NCBI GenBank assembly: GCA_011109175.1
Contig: RDEW01000034.1
Span: forward strand, 579,556-643,555
DNA length: 64,000 nt
Direction: 5' to 3'
Source of the DNA: Dicyema japonicum
Taxonomy: Eukaryota > Animalia > Dicyemida
The notes under the pieces are model-generated. The model was not told the origin of the DNA and did no database searches. It saw nothing but the letters and a program-made list of their open reading frames with translations. The first letter of the stretch is position 1; each line of letters begins with the position of its first letter. This document shows, piece after piece, positions 1 to 13,348 of the stretch. The position numbers and the translations under genes are program-made.

Positions 1-450
1 GTTTCCCTGTTAAGGAGTTGATCTTGTATGAATTGGATATTGAAGCTCCATAGGCCCATGAGGCACAAGCTTATCTACCGTCGGTTTTAGTTGATTGAAC
101 AAGACGACAGCGCATTCCTGTGACGGCCTGGACTTTAAGAGCGGTTTGATTTTATTTAGTTTCCTGAGACCCTTTGTCGTAACGTTCTTCACATGTTGAG
201 AAAATGTCTCGGAAAAAACAATGAGGGCAAAGAAGGAAGCGCTACGCGATCAATTCACGTTCTACCCCATAGTTGTTGGGACAACGAGGAATAAGTGAGA
301 GATTGCTTCGTCTTTTAAAGAAACTTGGACGCCTAACTACGCTAAAAGCCACGACGCACATGAGACTCGGTGGTTTCTCAAGTTGAGTTCTGTTGCGATC
401 GGGAGAGGCAACTCAACGTCGATTATGTGGCGTGGACCACTTTTGATTGA
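1..450 (+). mobile_element. 3' remnant (restriction-like endonuclease region) of a CRE-like non-LTR retrotransposon
   Basis: Broken frames read DQFTFYPIVVGTT and ..VAIGRGNSTSIM, matching the C-terminal motifs (YTFEPVAVETSG ... IVRGNALSI) of the better-preserved copy at 20576-21010. Confidence 0.55.
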
Positions 451-1249
451 TCTATAAATTCCAAAAATAGTAACTATAATATCTGTGACCGGTTCTAAAG
501 AGGTTAGGCTGAAAATGAGGCGCAAAATCTATTTAACCGTTAAAGCCGGTTAACCATATGACCGAAAGTTAACGGTAACCGGTTTAGACGGTTAAATATG
601 AGCCATTAAGTCGCGAAACTTAACAAAGCATTATTACTATCATTTAGACAGCAAAACAATCGCGATAGACAGGCAGACAGATGATTTTATTAACATAACT
701 CGTTACTAATTAAAAACTAAGTGAATAAAGAGAAGCCAATGAGTTTGTCCTAGTTGGCATGGTCTGGTATAACGAGATACCATGTGTGAAATTGTAGAAG
801 CGATTTCAACATCGCGGTAGCTTTTTCCTTCTGTTCCTGATGTAACCTATAAAAGAACACTTCAAATTCACACAAACACCGAGATATTGCAATTGATCCA
901 TACATTTGATTGCTATTAACGATAATTTTTGATTTATTTCTGTTGTTGATAATCTAGGAAACATTACATTTTTCTAGAGATAAGGATATATTTTATATCG
1001 GCACCAACATTTAATTTTTCAAATATGATTTGAAACTCGTTTCCAAGAAATGGAATGTCCCAATCACGCTACTCGCTACTCGTTGTGGTGCTAAGAAGAA
1101 AGAAGAGAAAAAGAAAGGAAAATCAGAAAATGACATGCAGAAAACTAATCAGGCCAAGTCTGACTCTGTTCACTGTCCATCTATGGATCACGTTACATTC
1201 GAAGAAATACAACTTTTACCTGCGAGATCAAAAGAGCAGTGCGTGTCTT

Positions 1250-3120
1250 GTGGATATTCAACGCGAGGAAGTACGGGTTGAATTGCACATCTTGGGAGAT
1301 TTTTCCACTTCGGTGTGTCCGAATGTTGAAATTGGCTGCGAGATCTCTATACAAATGGGACTGCGCATACTGTATGTATGCCGACCCCGCTCGGTGCCGT
1401 CATCCAACTGAATTCAGTCATCTCTCTTATTCTGGAAAAATCGAACCCTTTTTGCTACGCATATCCGAGAGTCGGATAGCTAGAAGGATTCCACTGAGGA
1501 TACCAAAGGCCGCTCGAATTCCCGCTGCTGAATGCCTTCACATCATTAATTTATAAAGCCATCAACACCAGCGACCAGGCTTTTGATATGTCTACTGAGC
1601 TTTGCACTTATGACCCTAGGAATTTCTGCCTCAGAGCAAGCTCGCAACAGATCACTGGCCTAAAAAATCAAGAATACTTTTGTCTTTTTGGCTACTTCAA
1701 CGCAGCAAGACTCAGGAATCGAGCCTGAGCAAGTACTTCGGCGTAAACAGTTGTCTACAGAAGCTGGGTGTAAACAGGAAGATTCTAAAACATTTCAAGA
1801 GAGAGTGAACCAAAAACTGATGGAGTTGTTGAGAAAAAAGCACCCTGCTCCACCAGCGGAACTTGACAATGCCAGAAGACCGCCCGGCATTTACTTTCAT
1901 GGAATTTGAAGTAGTGCGTGGAATAAAGTCTTTTGCTCCCAGCAGCTGCGGAGGTCTGGACGGACTGCGTCCAAGCCATGTAAAGGACTTAACCTCCGAA
2001 GCTACTGCTGAAGCCGGCCTTGTTAACGTTATCAAAATGCTGCTCACTCGAATAGTTAATGGTGATATTTCAAAATTTGCTAGAGATCTTATTTTTTGTG
2101 GACATTTATTGGCATTCCGAAATGAAGATGGAGGTGTCCGCCCAATTGCGATCGGCACATACTTTCGAAGGCTTGCTGCTAAAATCTCAGCCCGGAGAGT
2201 CTCCCACAATATTGCTGAAGAGTTGTTCCCTAGTCAACTTGGGGTGGGAGAGATCGTGGTTGCAAAGCAGCAGTTCACGCCGTGAGGAATTACTTCAACA
2301 ACAATAATTCTTAGACCCAAAGGCTAGGCCTAAAGCTTGATATATCAAGTGCCTTCAACTCGCTGAGGAAAGACTGTATTTTGGAAATCTGTTGGAAGAG
2401 AGCTCCAGAGATTGGCCGACTAGTACACTTATCGTATGTGACAAACTCAGCCTACGAAGCGATATCGTTTATTCACGCACAGGCGTTCAGCAGGGAGACC
2501 CTCTAGGTCTTTGCTTTTTGCAAGGACAATTAACACAGTGGCACGAAAAATAAACAGCGAACTCAACCTGTGGACGACGCCACAATAGCTGGCCCATGAG
2601 AGAATGTATATCAGGATATTTCTACAACCATTCCAGCTCTAAACCAATTGGGTTTAAGTGTCAACGTTATGAAATCGGAACTGATCAATATTTCTTGTTC
2701 ATCTCCAAGCTTTTCTACTGCCTGCCAAAGAATTCAGATCCCTACTTCCAGGTTTCAGCATATCCTCCTTGGACAAGGCACACTTCCTCGGCTGCCCTCT
2801 CGGAAACGACGAGCTGGAAAACTGCCTTACCTGTAAGGATAATGAAGTTGAAGCCTTTACAAAAGAGTATCATTTTTGGATCCACATGTGTCTTTCTTCT
2901 TGCTAAAGAAATGTATTTCCATGTCGAAGATGATGTACATTTGAGATGTTCACCATGTTTTGAACACCGGAAAGCACTATTGTTGGCTGATGGGTCTCTG
3001 AGACGATCAGCGGAGTCAATACTGAATGTCAAATTCGATGATCTGGGCTGGACAATGTGCAAACTACCTGCGAGAAATGAGGGCATTGGGTTAAGATCCC
3101 CTTTGAGGCCGCCCTGGTAA
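1250..3120 (+). mobile_element. Degenerate CRE-like non-LTR retrotransposon (RT region, frameshifted)
   Basis: ORF 1863-2285 has GGLDGLRPSH and GGVRPIAIGTYFRRLAAK...PSQLGVG; downstream broken frames give KLDISSAFNS, GVQQGDPLG, DDATI and CKLPARNEGIGLR. Confidence 0.85.
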
Positions 3121-3801
3121 ATCACATAAAGACGCTCTAGTCGAACGAGAAGAGATTAACAGACGAAAAAGGAGAAATTTGACCAATAAGCCAACAGATA
3201 AGTCAAACCAGAATTTGTGTAGATTATTCCGTTGGTTATGAACAAGAATGTGTCTCAGAATGCTTCAATAATAATATTGATAGGCTACATTCAATCAGTC
3301 GTATTAATATAACTCTGGAAGTATGGTGTTTGAGCATATCTGGTACTTATCTTCAAAGATGACCCTAGTTTTACGGATTTCTTGGAGAGACTGTCGGGGC
3401 AGAAGTCGGTTGGCATGCCCTACCGTTTCATATTACTTTCCCTCATCACTTACTTTGCAGTGTTTACTTTATAACCTACTTAACTTAAATTTCCATGTTT
3501 GAAGCAAACTATTAACAAAAAATCAAAAAAGTAGTCATTAGTAGCAAGTAGGTCAAATCAATATTAATCTTTAACAAATTAACATAAATTGACAGAAAAG
3601 ATCATATTATTTGGAGTGACTACAAAGACATTCAACAAATCGAGAGTTTTTATGAGACAAAAATGCAAATTAGAGTATATAATTTGACGAAGGTCATGGA
3701 TGACCAAAGTGATTACTATCCAAGTTATGATAATATTACGATGAATATAAGGATGATCATAGGTTAATGTACAACGTGATTACTTTAATGAGTGGGAGTC
3801 A

Positions 3802-4093
3802 TTGACAGTATTCCAAGATTATAATCCCACTGAAACTTTTATTCCTAAAAAAGTAGAGAAATATAAAATAAAATGTGATGTTGAGTTCTCCAAACCTTGT
3901 ATTACAAATGTGGAACAAATTCATGATGGGATTTGTTATTCTTGTCATAACTATTACAACGAGGACAAGAGATTGCCAGAAATCCTCCCAAACTGTAATC
4001 ACACATTATGTCATTACTAAAACAACTCTGTACAACTGGATGGGATATTATTTGTCCAATTTGCCTGACGAAAACAGAACTACCACTTTATAA
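3802..4093 (+). pseudogene. RING-HC zinc-finger coding segment, frameshifted
   Basis: CYSC-x14-CNHTLCHY in ORF 3802-4020; the adjacent frame continues LKQLCTTGWDIICPICL, completing a C3HC4-like pattern across a frameshift at ~4018. Confidence 0.6.
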
Positions 4094-4596
4094 TAGGTTT
4101 AATGTTCTACAATGTGACACAAATTCACTTAAATTAGCCATTTCACAACAAACCATTAAATAAGTAATGTTTCACTAATCCACTAACAAATAATAAAGTT
4201 TCTAGTTTTTGTTCTATATGGAATTATAATTATTTTCTCACGATAACCATTATATTTATCGCATAGGCAGGAAAACGTAATTTTAGTGAAGAACAGTCAA
4301 TTAACTAATCGTAATTCGAAACCGGGCATGCCATCATGACTTTTCATGGCACTTATGACACTACGGCATCCCGGCCGATTAATTGTATTAATTATTATTA
4401 TATTTGGTTCTGTTTTTTCTTTCGCTTGGGATCAACTTTTTGGATCTCTGGGAACGTCAGTCCCGGTCTCTAACAATCCTTTTATAAATTCTTGATGAGA
4501 TTTGATCACATTTTTTCAGTTTTGTAAATTCGTCTATTAGTAAGAATGCTTGGTAGTCAGTTGAATTTATAAATGAGTGATTAGTTTTACTTCCTT

Positions 4597-4920
4597 AATT
4601 ATAGTAATAGCCCTTTCGTAGAGGCGTATTATTGTTTCCACTACTAAACTTTCATTTGGGGAGGACACACACTTTATTTAAAAACGAAAGAGAAGTTAGG
4701 CTAATTAATCGTAAATGGGGGTCAAAACATTACTGATGTTCTTAACTTTTTTTCTTTTGATTTCCTTAGACAACCCAGTTGCAGTGAGGTACTAATGGCT
4801 GAGTCACTCGTCAAGTCGGAAGCATCGTAAATACATCAAATCTTTAGCCAAATGGACAGCAGCGAGATTCTACAAAGTAATCATTTGAATCCTGTCGGTC
4901 ACTCATAACACTACGCCGTA
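4597..4920 (-). mobile_element. Diverged copy of the tRNA-derived SINE family (third tail type)
   Basis: Reverse complement shares GAATCTCGC..GCTGT, TTGACGAGTGAC, CTCACTGC, TACGATT and TAAATAAAGTGTGTGTCCT, in order, with the SINE at 40324-40655; degenerate A box near 4905-4918. Confidence 0.65.
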
Positions 4921-5299
4921 ATCATTAAATTTGTTAAAAGGATTTGAATTTGAATAATCGATTGAATTTCGGTAATTATTAGAACATTAACTCAACCTTG
5001 TCAAAAGTAAATTAAATATTTCAAAGCACTGATCGATAAGTTCAGATTCGTCAATAACATCCTCAATTCTAAGAAGACGGTTGTCTTAATAAACCAACAT
5101 AAAGTATGACAATTGGTTAAGTGAACCGTAACTGTAGTTATGCTAAAATTAATAAATAATGAATTTAATATAAAATATAAATTAAAAGTAAAGTGCAATG
5201 AATAATCCCAGAGATTACAATCAAATAAGGTAAATAAGTACACACAACAGATCCGATGACCAACACAAACATATAATAGAAAAACTCACCAATAATTCC

Positions 5300-6909
5300 A
5301 TCGAACTTAAAAACTCATTCGAAGACCATGAAAATAAATTTTATGAATTTTCAGCAAATAAAAACAAAGAAACCAAAAAAATAATGAACGCTGTCACGAA
5401 AAACGTGCGTATTAGATTTTTATTAAAGAACCACAAAATTGAGAACATTAGCGAGAATTTGCAAAATATTGACAACAATAATGCTATAAATATTGATAAA
5501 TAAAAAAAATGTACATTCATTGAGTAATCCGCAGGAACACACAAATTTGGAGTGCAATGAAGACTTTGAGAGAAGCCATTCAAGTTCACGACAACGAACT
5601 GGGTAACATAATATCGCTTATAAGGGAAAAGTTTTATTTTCACGTAAAATTAGAGAAAATGAGAATTTAAATTTGCTTAAAGAACTCAAGAGCAATCAAC
5701 AAAACAGTCAATTGAAGATAGAAAATCTAAAAAAGTTCCAGAAAGAGCATTCAAGGGATCTACTTAATATTCTCGACAACCAAGTCGAGGACCTCAAAAA
5801 ACAACTAGACCAAAATGAAACTAATTTAAATAAAAAATTAAATTCATTTGAGGAAAAAATAAAAAAAGTTTTATTTAATTTTATTTTACGACAATTAATT
5901 TTCAAATTGAAGAAGTAAAATCCGAGTTTAATCCAGATTCACACTTGTTCGATGTGATACATGCACTTATAAAGTCAGAGATCTATAATGTTATACAGAG
6001 AATTGATGAAAAAATAGAAGTATGAGTTTTAATAAATTTAAGATATCAGAAAGGGAGATGGTGGGCTCAATTATAAATAAGGAAAATGCAGCAATAAGAT
6101 CTGAGATCAGATCTCTCAGAAAGTCACTACAGGAAATTGAGAGTTCAAAGTTTATAACCTGTAAATAATTGTTAGAGCACGTGATAAAGCTAAAACTAAA
6201 ATCGCTTTAAATACGCTTTCTGAAATAATATGCAAAAAAGATGAACTTTTAAGGAAGAAAATCAAAAACATTGACACACGTGCAGACGCATCAATCGAAA
6301 CGGTATTATAAACAATTTAATATTATTTAAATTAAAAAATAATTTATAGAATAATGAAAAAATGATTGAAATCATTAAAACCGAAATTGAAAATAATAGC
6401 ACTAAAATTAAAGATGAATTGAAAAAAGATCAAAAAAGCTTAGTAAATGATGTCAAGAAGATTAAGGAAACAATGGAATCCCAAAATTTCCAAGTATCTA
6501 ACACTTTGTTAATTTCAAAGGATATATTCAACAAATATATATTGAAAATAAATGAACTGATTACAACAACTACAAAAAATGAAAAAAACATTGAAAGACT
6601 AAAAACTCATTTGAATTCAATGGAAGATAAGGTTGTTTTGAGTTGTGAGTCAAGCTCTCTGTGTTGATTTCTAAAAGCAACAAGAAAAGTAAAAAAGTAC
6701 ATTATTCTCCTACGGAATATGAAAGTAAGCAAAATGTATATGGTGCCTTTGATGATGTCTTTGGAAAAGACAATAAAAAAAGTAAAGAGGATGTAGGTCA
6801 TTCTCCTCCTGAAGATGAAAGTAAGCATAATGTATATGGTGCCTTTGATGATGTTTTTGTAAGTAAAAATAATATATATGGTATCTCAATGATGATTTGT
6901 AGACACTGA
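5300..6909 (+). pseudogene. Fragmented K/E/N/L-rich coiled-coil-like coding region, possibly the continuation of the RING gene
   Basis: Consecutive + strand ORFs 5673-5918, 6362-6667 and 6661-6909 have heptad-like composition and are separated by stops/frameshifts; no family recognised. Confidence 0.35.
6672..6860 (+). repeat. Two-copy 96-bp in-frame tandem repeat (..SPxExESKxNVYGAFDDVF)
   Basis: GAAAGTAAGC..AATGTATATGGTGCCTTTGATGATGT starts at 6721 and at 6817; a degenerate third partial copy follows. Confidence 0.8.
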
Positions 6910-7029
6910 TGATTACACTTATGTGTACTCTAATGCATCGACAATTCCATATATTAAAGAGAAACCTAATAAATTTAGTAATAAAAGGAATAAATAATTA
7001 TTATAACTATTTGGGTTTTTCTAATCATA

Positions 7030-7570
7030 CATTTTGTCTCCAATCCTCTTTAATTTGTTTCTGAATGATCTCCCCGTTCCTATGAACAATAATGACATGT
7101 ACTTTCCTATGCTGATGACATAATTTGTAGGGACGTAAATGTCATGCTAAAGAAAGACTACAAGGAACACTAAATAACATATATGGATGGTCGTGCGAAA
7201 ATAGATTAAATGCATGTTACGGAAATTCAGCAGTCACTCTATTCACTAAGAATAGAAAGATGGGAACACAAACAATTGATGTCACGTTAAATGGAGTGCC
7301 TATACCACAAAAGAAAGAAGATACTGGGAGTAACTTTTGATACTTTCCTCTGCTTCTCAGCCCATGTGGAATCCATCATATCAACCTGTCCAAAGAAGAT
7401 CAATTTTGTAAAAGCCTTCCTTTGGAACTGTGGAGGAATTTATCCGCCAGGTGTCGGGACCCTCTACAAGCAGTATATCGAGCCAACAATAGGCTATGCA
7501 TGTGCTGCGTGGGGATCTAACCTGGCGGCAACGAACCTAATAAAAATTCAAGAGATCCAGTCATAAGCAT
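7030..7570 (+). mobile_element. LINE RT C-terminal fragment (Jockey/I-like)
   Basis: LFNLFLNDLP...YADDI followed by ILGVTFD..L.F..HV and LYKQYIEPTIGYACAAW. Confidence 0.8.
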
Positions 7571-9329
7571 TAAAGTTACTGGGAAAATATACAGATAAAG
7601 AAATTACCCCAGAACACTCGAGTCTATCATAGAGGGAACTGGAGGCAATTTCAGAAGAGGAGGGAATAGTACGTATAGAAAAATCCAAATAATCTGTTAT
7701 TAATTGCTTGAGTGAAAATATATTTAAAAAATATTGTCATAGTAACATGAAAGAAGTAAAACTAGGATGTATTGATAATAAATCATTATATGAGTATACA
7801 AAAAAGTGGGCTAAAATAACAGAAAATGTAATTGGTAAGTGTAATATAGGGTTATGGAGTAAACAGAGTGCTGTACATTGCTGAATGTGTGAGTAAAGAA
7901 GATAGTGAATATTTGAAAAGTATTTAACTTTATTAGTACAAGTTAAGTATTCACACTTTTTCGAACAGACATGTCATAAATATGGAGTCTCCAGTCCTTC
8001 TGGGATGCTCATTAAATATGCCAAAAGATATATTCACTACGTTGAGGTTTGTATTATGATAATCACAGATTACAGACCCAGTTATGTTTGATCTCTTCAA
8101 ATGGCACACAGAGACCACTTGGGGATACCACTGAGGAAGAACATTGTACAAACATAAAAATAATAAATATCTCCTATAATGCTAATATTTTGCTTATTTG
8201 TAGATTAATAAGAGAATATTCACAAATCCAATATTTATTAACATGAATATTCAACAGACAAATTCCACAAATCAAGAAAGGTCCCCCCAAGAGGTCTCCA
8301 AAATATTTATAGAACAGTTATTAAACTCAAAATGTTTATTTACAATCTCTCTCCTGTATTTTGCCTTATTTCAGTTTTAGATAATCACTAAAAGGAATGA
8401 TTCCATATTGAATGCTATACTTAAATCAGCATCAGAGTATCTCCCACAATCTGGTTACCAATGTAACTGTTTATCCTTAGGAGTCCTCGACTACTTCTTT
8501 TATGAGGAATGTCCCCACTGTAGGGAATTGGATGAAATAATAGCAATTAAAGGCAGATCTCTTGATGAACCATTTTCTTCCGAATTGGAGTTTAGTAATC
8601 AAAAATCATTTTCCATAACAGACTAATATATTATTTTACAAATATTTTTAATCAAAATATTAACCAATAGCTATCCCACTAGATCACTGAGATTCTTTTT
8701 AAAAGACTATGATGCACTATCATCTCTTTAGAAAACCTGAAAACTATTTTTTCTTCTCCCAATATACATTTCTTAGGACAAAGTTCTGTTCCCCTCTTCG
8801 AACCAACTTTGTTTGTCCTTTTGGTGAATTTACGAAAGTGTCCTATCCGTTAGTTACGTCACTAAGAGGTTGATAATTATCAAATTAAAGCAGTTAAGTT
8901 TTGATTTAATGGGTTATGTACAAATGAGTATGCAGAAAAGGTAAATGAAGGTAAATTCAGAGAATTCTCATTCATCAAGTAAAGTGTTTGTTTTCGACAT
9001 GAAACGTTATTTATTACAAATCAAAAATATTTTGCGTCGAATTAAGACTAAACATATAGATTCCTTATTCTTTATCAGATCATTGATTGATGGATTCTTT
9101 TTGAACTATGTTATCACTTTCTTCTGGTCCTTGCAATATTTCTTAACTGCTGTTCCTATTGGGTGATAAAGTTGAATCCAATCATAATTTTGTCAATTTA
9201 CAGTGAGATTGGGCATGTCTTCTAACTATTGTGAATACAGACTATCCTTTACTGACGAAGTTTTTCAAGTTAAGACATGTCATCGAACAAATTACGATCA
9301 AGTTAGTTTTTTTGGATAACTCTGGCTAA

Positions 9330-9850
9330 CATATACATCCTTCCACAAGGATCATACCCCATATCCTATGAGCTTAACTCATTGCTTTCTATTGGGGACC
9401 TCAATGCAAGACACCAACTTTGGCTAATCTCACAGTCCTTTTACAACCGGGAATAGACAATTGCAAATAGTCTCGGTGATGCTGTTTTCCTGAATGATCC
9501 TAAAGTCCACACGAGAACCATATTAAGAAGATGTAGTTTGGACATTTCCAGATCATATTCTTTCCTTCAAGAACTACCGAAAAGTAACCAATTCTGTTTA
9601 CAAAACTATTTTATTCTCATTACACTCAATAGATAAAGCACACCTTAACCTACTTATGAGAAACACAACGCAGTTTAAAGGTCTTTTCGAGAGACCTTGA
9701 TATAAAAGTGAATTACACCGATGAGAGGGCCATATCAGGAAGTATTTTCAGACAAATAAATTCCAGGAGTCATCGATGAATTGAAGAACTCACTGATTCG
9801 GAGTCTAGACAAGATTTCTTCAATTTACATGAAACATTTAAGCCACCATA
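9330..9850 (+). mobile_element. Highly decayed LINE apurinic-endonuclease fragment
   Basis: YIHP...IGDLNARHQLW and VFLNDPKVHTR motifs, then GLDKISSIYMKHL; many stops. Confidence 0.5.
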
Positions 9851-10819
9851 CAATCTCGCACGGATCTTTGATTGGTCTGTTAACTTATTTTGATAAACAA
9901 AGTTTAATGAATCAACGGTCCACATAATTGACGTTGTTGTCTGTAAACGAAAACATCACGAAAATTTGAAAGAACACACTTATCTCTCAAATACTAAAGT
10001 TTTAAAAGCAGAAGGGAAATCCTGCTTCATACTATCCCACCATATTACTCATGGTGATTACCCCTCTTCTTCCCCATTACAACACGTTGCTCGTTCTAGA
10101 AGATCGACAACACTAACGATTTATTGTTGACGCCTTTAATGTATTTCAGATCAAGATCACGTTTACCACCAAACTGAGTTCTCAACGGCTCCCCACTATC
10201 TTCATCTCTATTCAACCTGTTTTACAATACAATGTCCTTATTGCAGACCAAATACTGTTTCGCGTCAATCGTAGCCTTCAAGTCTCCAATGTACCTGGAT
10301 AGTGCATACAATTATCCGAGTACAAGCAACAAATTCCCTCACAATTTTACGACAATGTGATGAAATACACGAACCAAGCAATGAAAACCTCAAAAAGGCT
10401 TTCAGAAACTAAATATTTTACTGAAAATAGTCAAGAGAACTTTTTCAATCCAGAAAAATCCTACCAAAAAACACCAGTTGGATTTGCTCCCACAGCATGG
10501 AGATTCGTGCTGACGAAGCCAATCTCCACCTAATAAATTCACTACACCAGTCAACTATTCAGAACAATACAAATCTACCTTTACTTATAGAAGTTATGAC
10601 CTTTAACTTAGTGACAACCTTTCTATATTTTTCTTTTGATGTTGAGTCTTTGAACATGACAAAAACCCGCTTCACCTATCTTCATCCGGGCGAAGGAAAG
10701 TAGGTCCTGAAGTTCTCCTCCTTAGTCCATTTTCTGTGCAATCACGAACAGAAGCGCACCCGGGCATCAGAGATGAAATGGAAAACCAATAAATACGATG
10801 GGACTGCTAATCATGGTAA

Positions 10820-13220
10820 CTAGTGTAATAAAGCATTTCTCGATATTCTCGTAGGCCAAATGATTCCTGTTATTTTTCTTAGTTGACCTCTGTGGAACGA
10901 GTCTAGTTTTTCCATATCCGCTGATGAGGTCGCCCAAGTTCCAGCTTTATATAAAAGTACGGGTTTTATGAATGAGTCGTATAATAGGATTCTCATTTTC
11001 GTGTTGATGCCTTTTTGATTGAGCCATTGATTCTTAAGTTTATATACCGCAGCATTGGCTAGAGTTTTCCTAAGTAAAATATCTTCGCTATCTCCCAAAA
11101 GTGAACCGAATTTCTTTACTTGTCACCATTTCTCTTCTAGGACGTTACTCATCCATCTTATCTCTGTGAGTTCTGTTTTCTCTGTTCACAGTAAGAAACC
11201 ATTCCCCTAATACATCTGGTGCTTTTTCTAATAGGTTTTCCAGGACCTCTTTGTCTTCAGAAATTAGGTCTACATTGTCCGCGTAGATCACTTCTTCCAT
11301 CTTTCCTTGGTATACGGTCTAAGTTCCCTCATAGCGGCTTCCAAATAAATTGTGAATAGTAGAGGAGAAAGAGAGTCTCCTTGTGGAGTGCCCGTGTTTG
11401 TTTCAAATTTTCTTGAATAGGTCTTTCCGACTCTCACAAGGAGCTCAGTGTTGGAAAGTAGAATTCGGTCATCCTTAGACTCGACTCATCAAGAAATCCG
11501 CTCAGTACCCCCATTAATTTGTTCCTGTTAACCGTATCAAAAGCTTTTGATAGGTCAATTCCCAGAATATTGGTGGCGTTACGGTATCTTTGATATGTTG
11601 CACACCTCCATCTGTGACTCCAGACCGCATCAGCTGTGGATCTCCCTTCTCGAAAACCACTTTGACTATCTGGTAGGTATTTGTAAGCAGATCCTTTTAT
11701 TCGTTCAAGCACAATGTTTGCCAAGACTTTGCGTAATGAATTTAGTAGTATGATGGGTCGCAAATTTTCGAGCGGTCCTCTGTTTTTGTTTTTTTTTATG
11801 GGGATTAGTAGTCCCGTACCCAGAGGTAGAGTTGAGTTAGTTGAAAACATTTCATTTAGTAGTGTAGCGATTTTTTCAAAAAGGAGGTCAGGGCCGTATT
11901 TCAGTAATTCTGGGTTTATCGCATCTGGTCCGGGGCTTCTGTTATTCTTGAGTTTTCGGCAGGCCGTTTTGATTTCCTCGGCCGTGATTGGTATCTCAAG
12001 GGGTCTTGGCCTTCCATCAAATGAGTGGATTTCTATGGTTTTGATGTTGAAAAGCTTCTCAAAGTGAGCCGCGATGGCTTCAGTTTGTTCTTTGGTGTTC
12101 AGTATCAGCTTACCGTTCTCGTCTTTTATGGTTAGTCGACTTCTGTTTGTTCGCCGCAGCAAACGGGCAGCGACGTACACCTGTGCGTTGTCTTTCACTT
12201 TGTTTACTTCTTCTATACAGGAAGCTATTTCTTCTATGAAAAGCTTCTTGTTCAGACCCTTTATTTTTCTTCTGACACGTTGCTTTCGCCTTGAAGGGCT
12301 TTTATCGTATTAGTGTCAGTGGCAATTGATTTTTTCATATTTATTTCTTTTAGACTTTTCGCAAGCTCAGGAACATCTGGATGAATAGCCTACAGGTGCA
12401 TTTTACTATTCTCCCCTTTGCCAAGACATGCCTCAGCAGCTTCGTTGATTGTGTCCTTTTGCGTTTCCAGGCGTCTTCTAACGAGGTATCCATCAATACG
12501 TCCTGCATATGAGTCTGAATGTATTGTTGATATCTCTCAGTAGTCTCCGGTTGGAAATCAGCCTTTTCGCGTAGTCTCTTCTGATTTTCTCAAATTCGTG
12601 ATTTTTGGCATTCTGTATTTGATGGCATGTTTTTTCAAAGTGAAGGTCGCGATGACCATCTTGTGGTCGCTGACAGTCGTCGATCCTTCATATGAACGTG
12701 CGTTTACTAGAAGGTGTTTGTCTTTAGCCCGGCATATGACATACAATGAGTATCAGTGATGACGACTCATATTCGTTGTACGTCCGTAAGTGCTGAATAG
12801 AAGTCGTCTAGTTCTGTCGGATCTTTCGCTACTCTACCGCAGTGTGGCGCATAAACATTTACAATTGTCAGAAAGCTCTTCGAAGGAGGCAATTCGTTTA
12901 GACGGATTTGCATAACACAAATCTGTCATTCACACTCCATATACGGTGGACTGCACTTGTCAACTTTGAGTGGATAACAAATCCAAGTCCATAATATTTT
13001 GAAGTCGCTCAGTTGACATATAATTCGATATTCGCCATATTTCTCATCAAGGCTACAAGTAACTCTCGTCTCTTGTAGGCACCCAATAAATACACCGTAT
13101 CTCTCCAGTTCGCCACAGGGAATCTTCCTAGACCAGGTCGTAGATAAGCCTCTAGCATTGAACGTAAGGACCTTTAGACGAGATGCATCCCTTTGTATCC
13201 TTTGCCTTTTAGACATTTTT
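10820..13220 (-). mobile_element. RTE-like LINE (APE + RT), frameshifted and 3'-truncated
   Basis: TFNARGL..GCLQETR, VYAPH, SDHKMV (APE); LKNNRSPGPD, LRPIILLN, QSGFREGRS, IDLSKAFD, GTPQGDSLSP, IYADNVD (RT). Same family as 27336-29082. Confidence 0.9.
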
Positions 13221-13348
13221 CTCAATTGCGATCCAATTAAAAAATGAAGCACGTCACCACCTCACCAAAAAAATTAATTGTATAATTTAAAGTAATAAAT
13301 AACATTAAAATATATTTAAAATATAAATTTAAATTTTTTTGTGTGGTG

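Noticed and set aside
530-598. Imperfect hairpin rich in GGTTAACC/ACCGGT
   Set aside because: Probably a DNA-transposon subterminal remnant; no TIR pair, TSD or second copy in the window.
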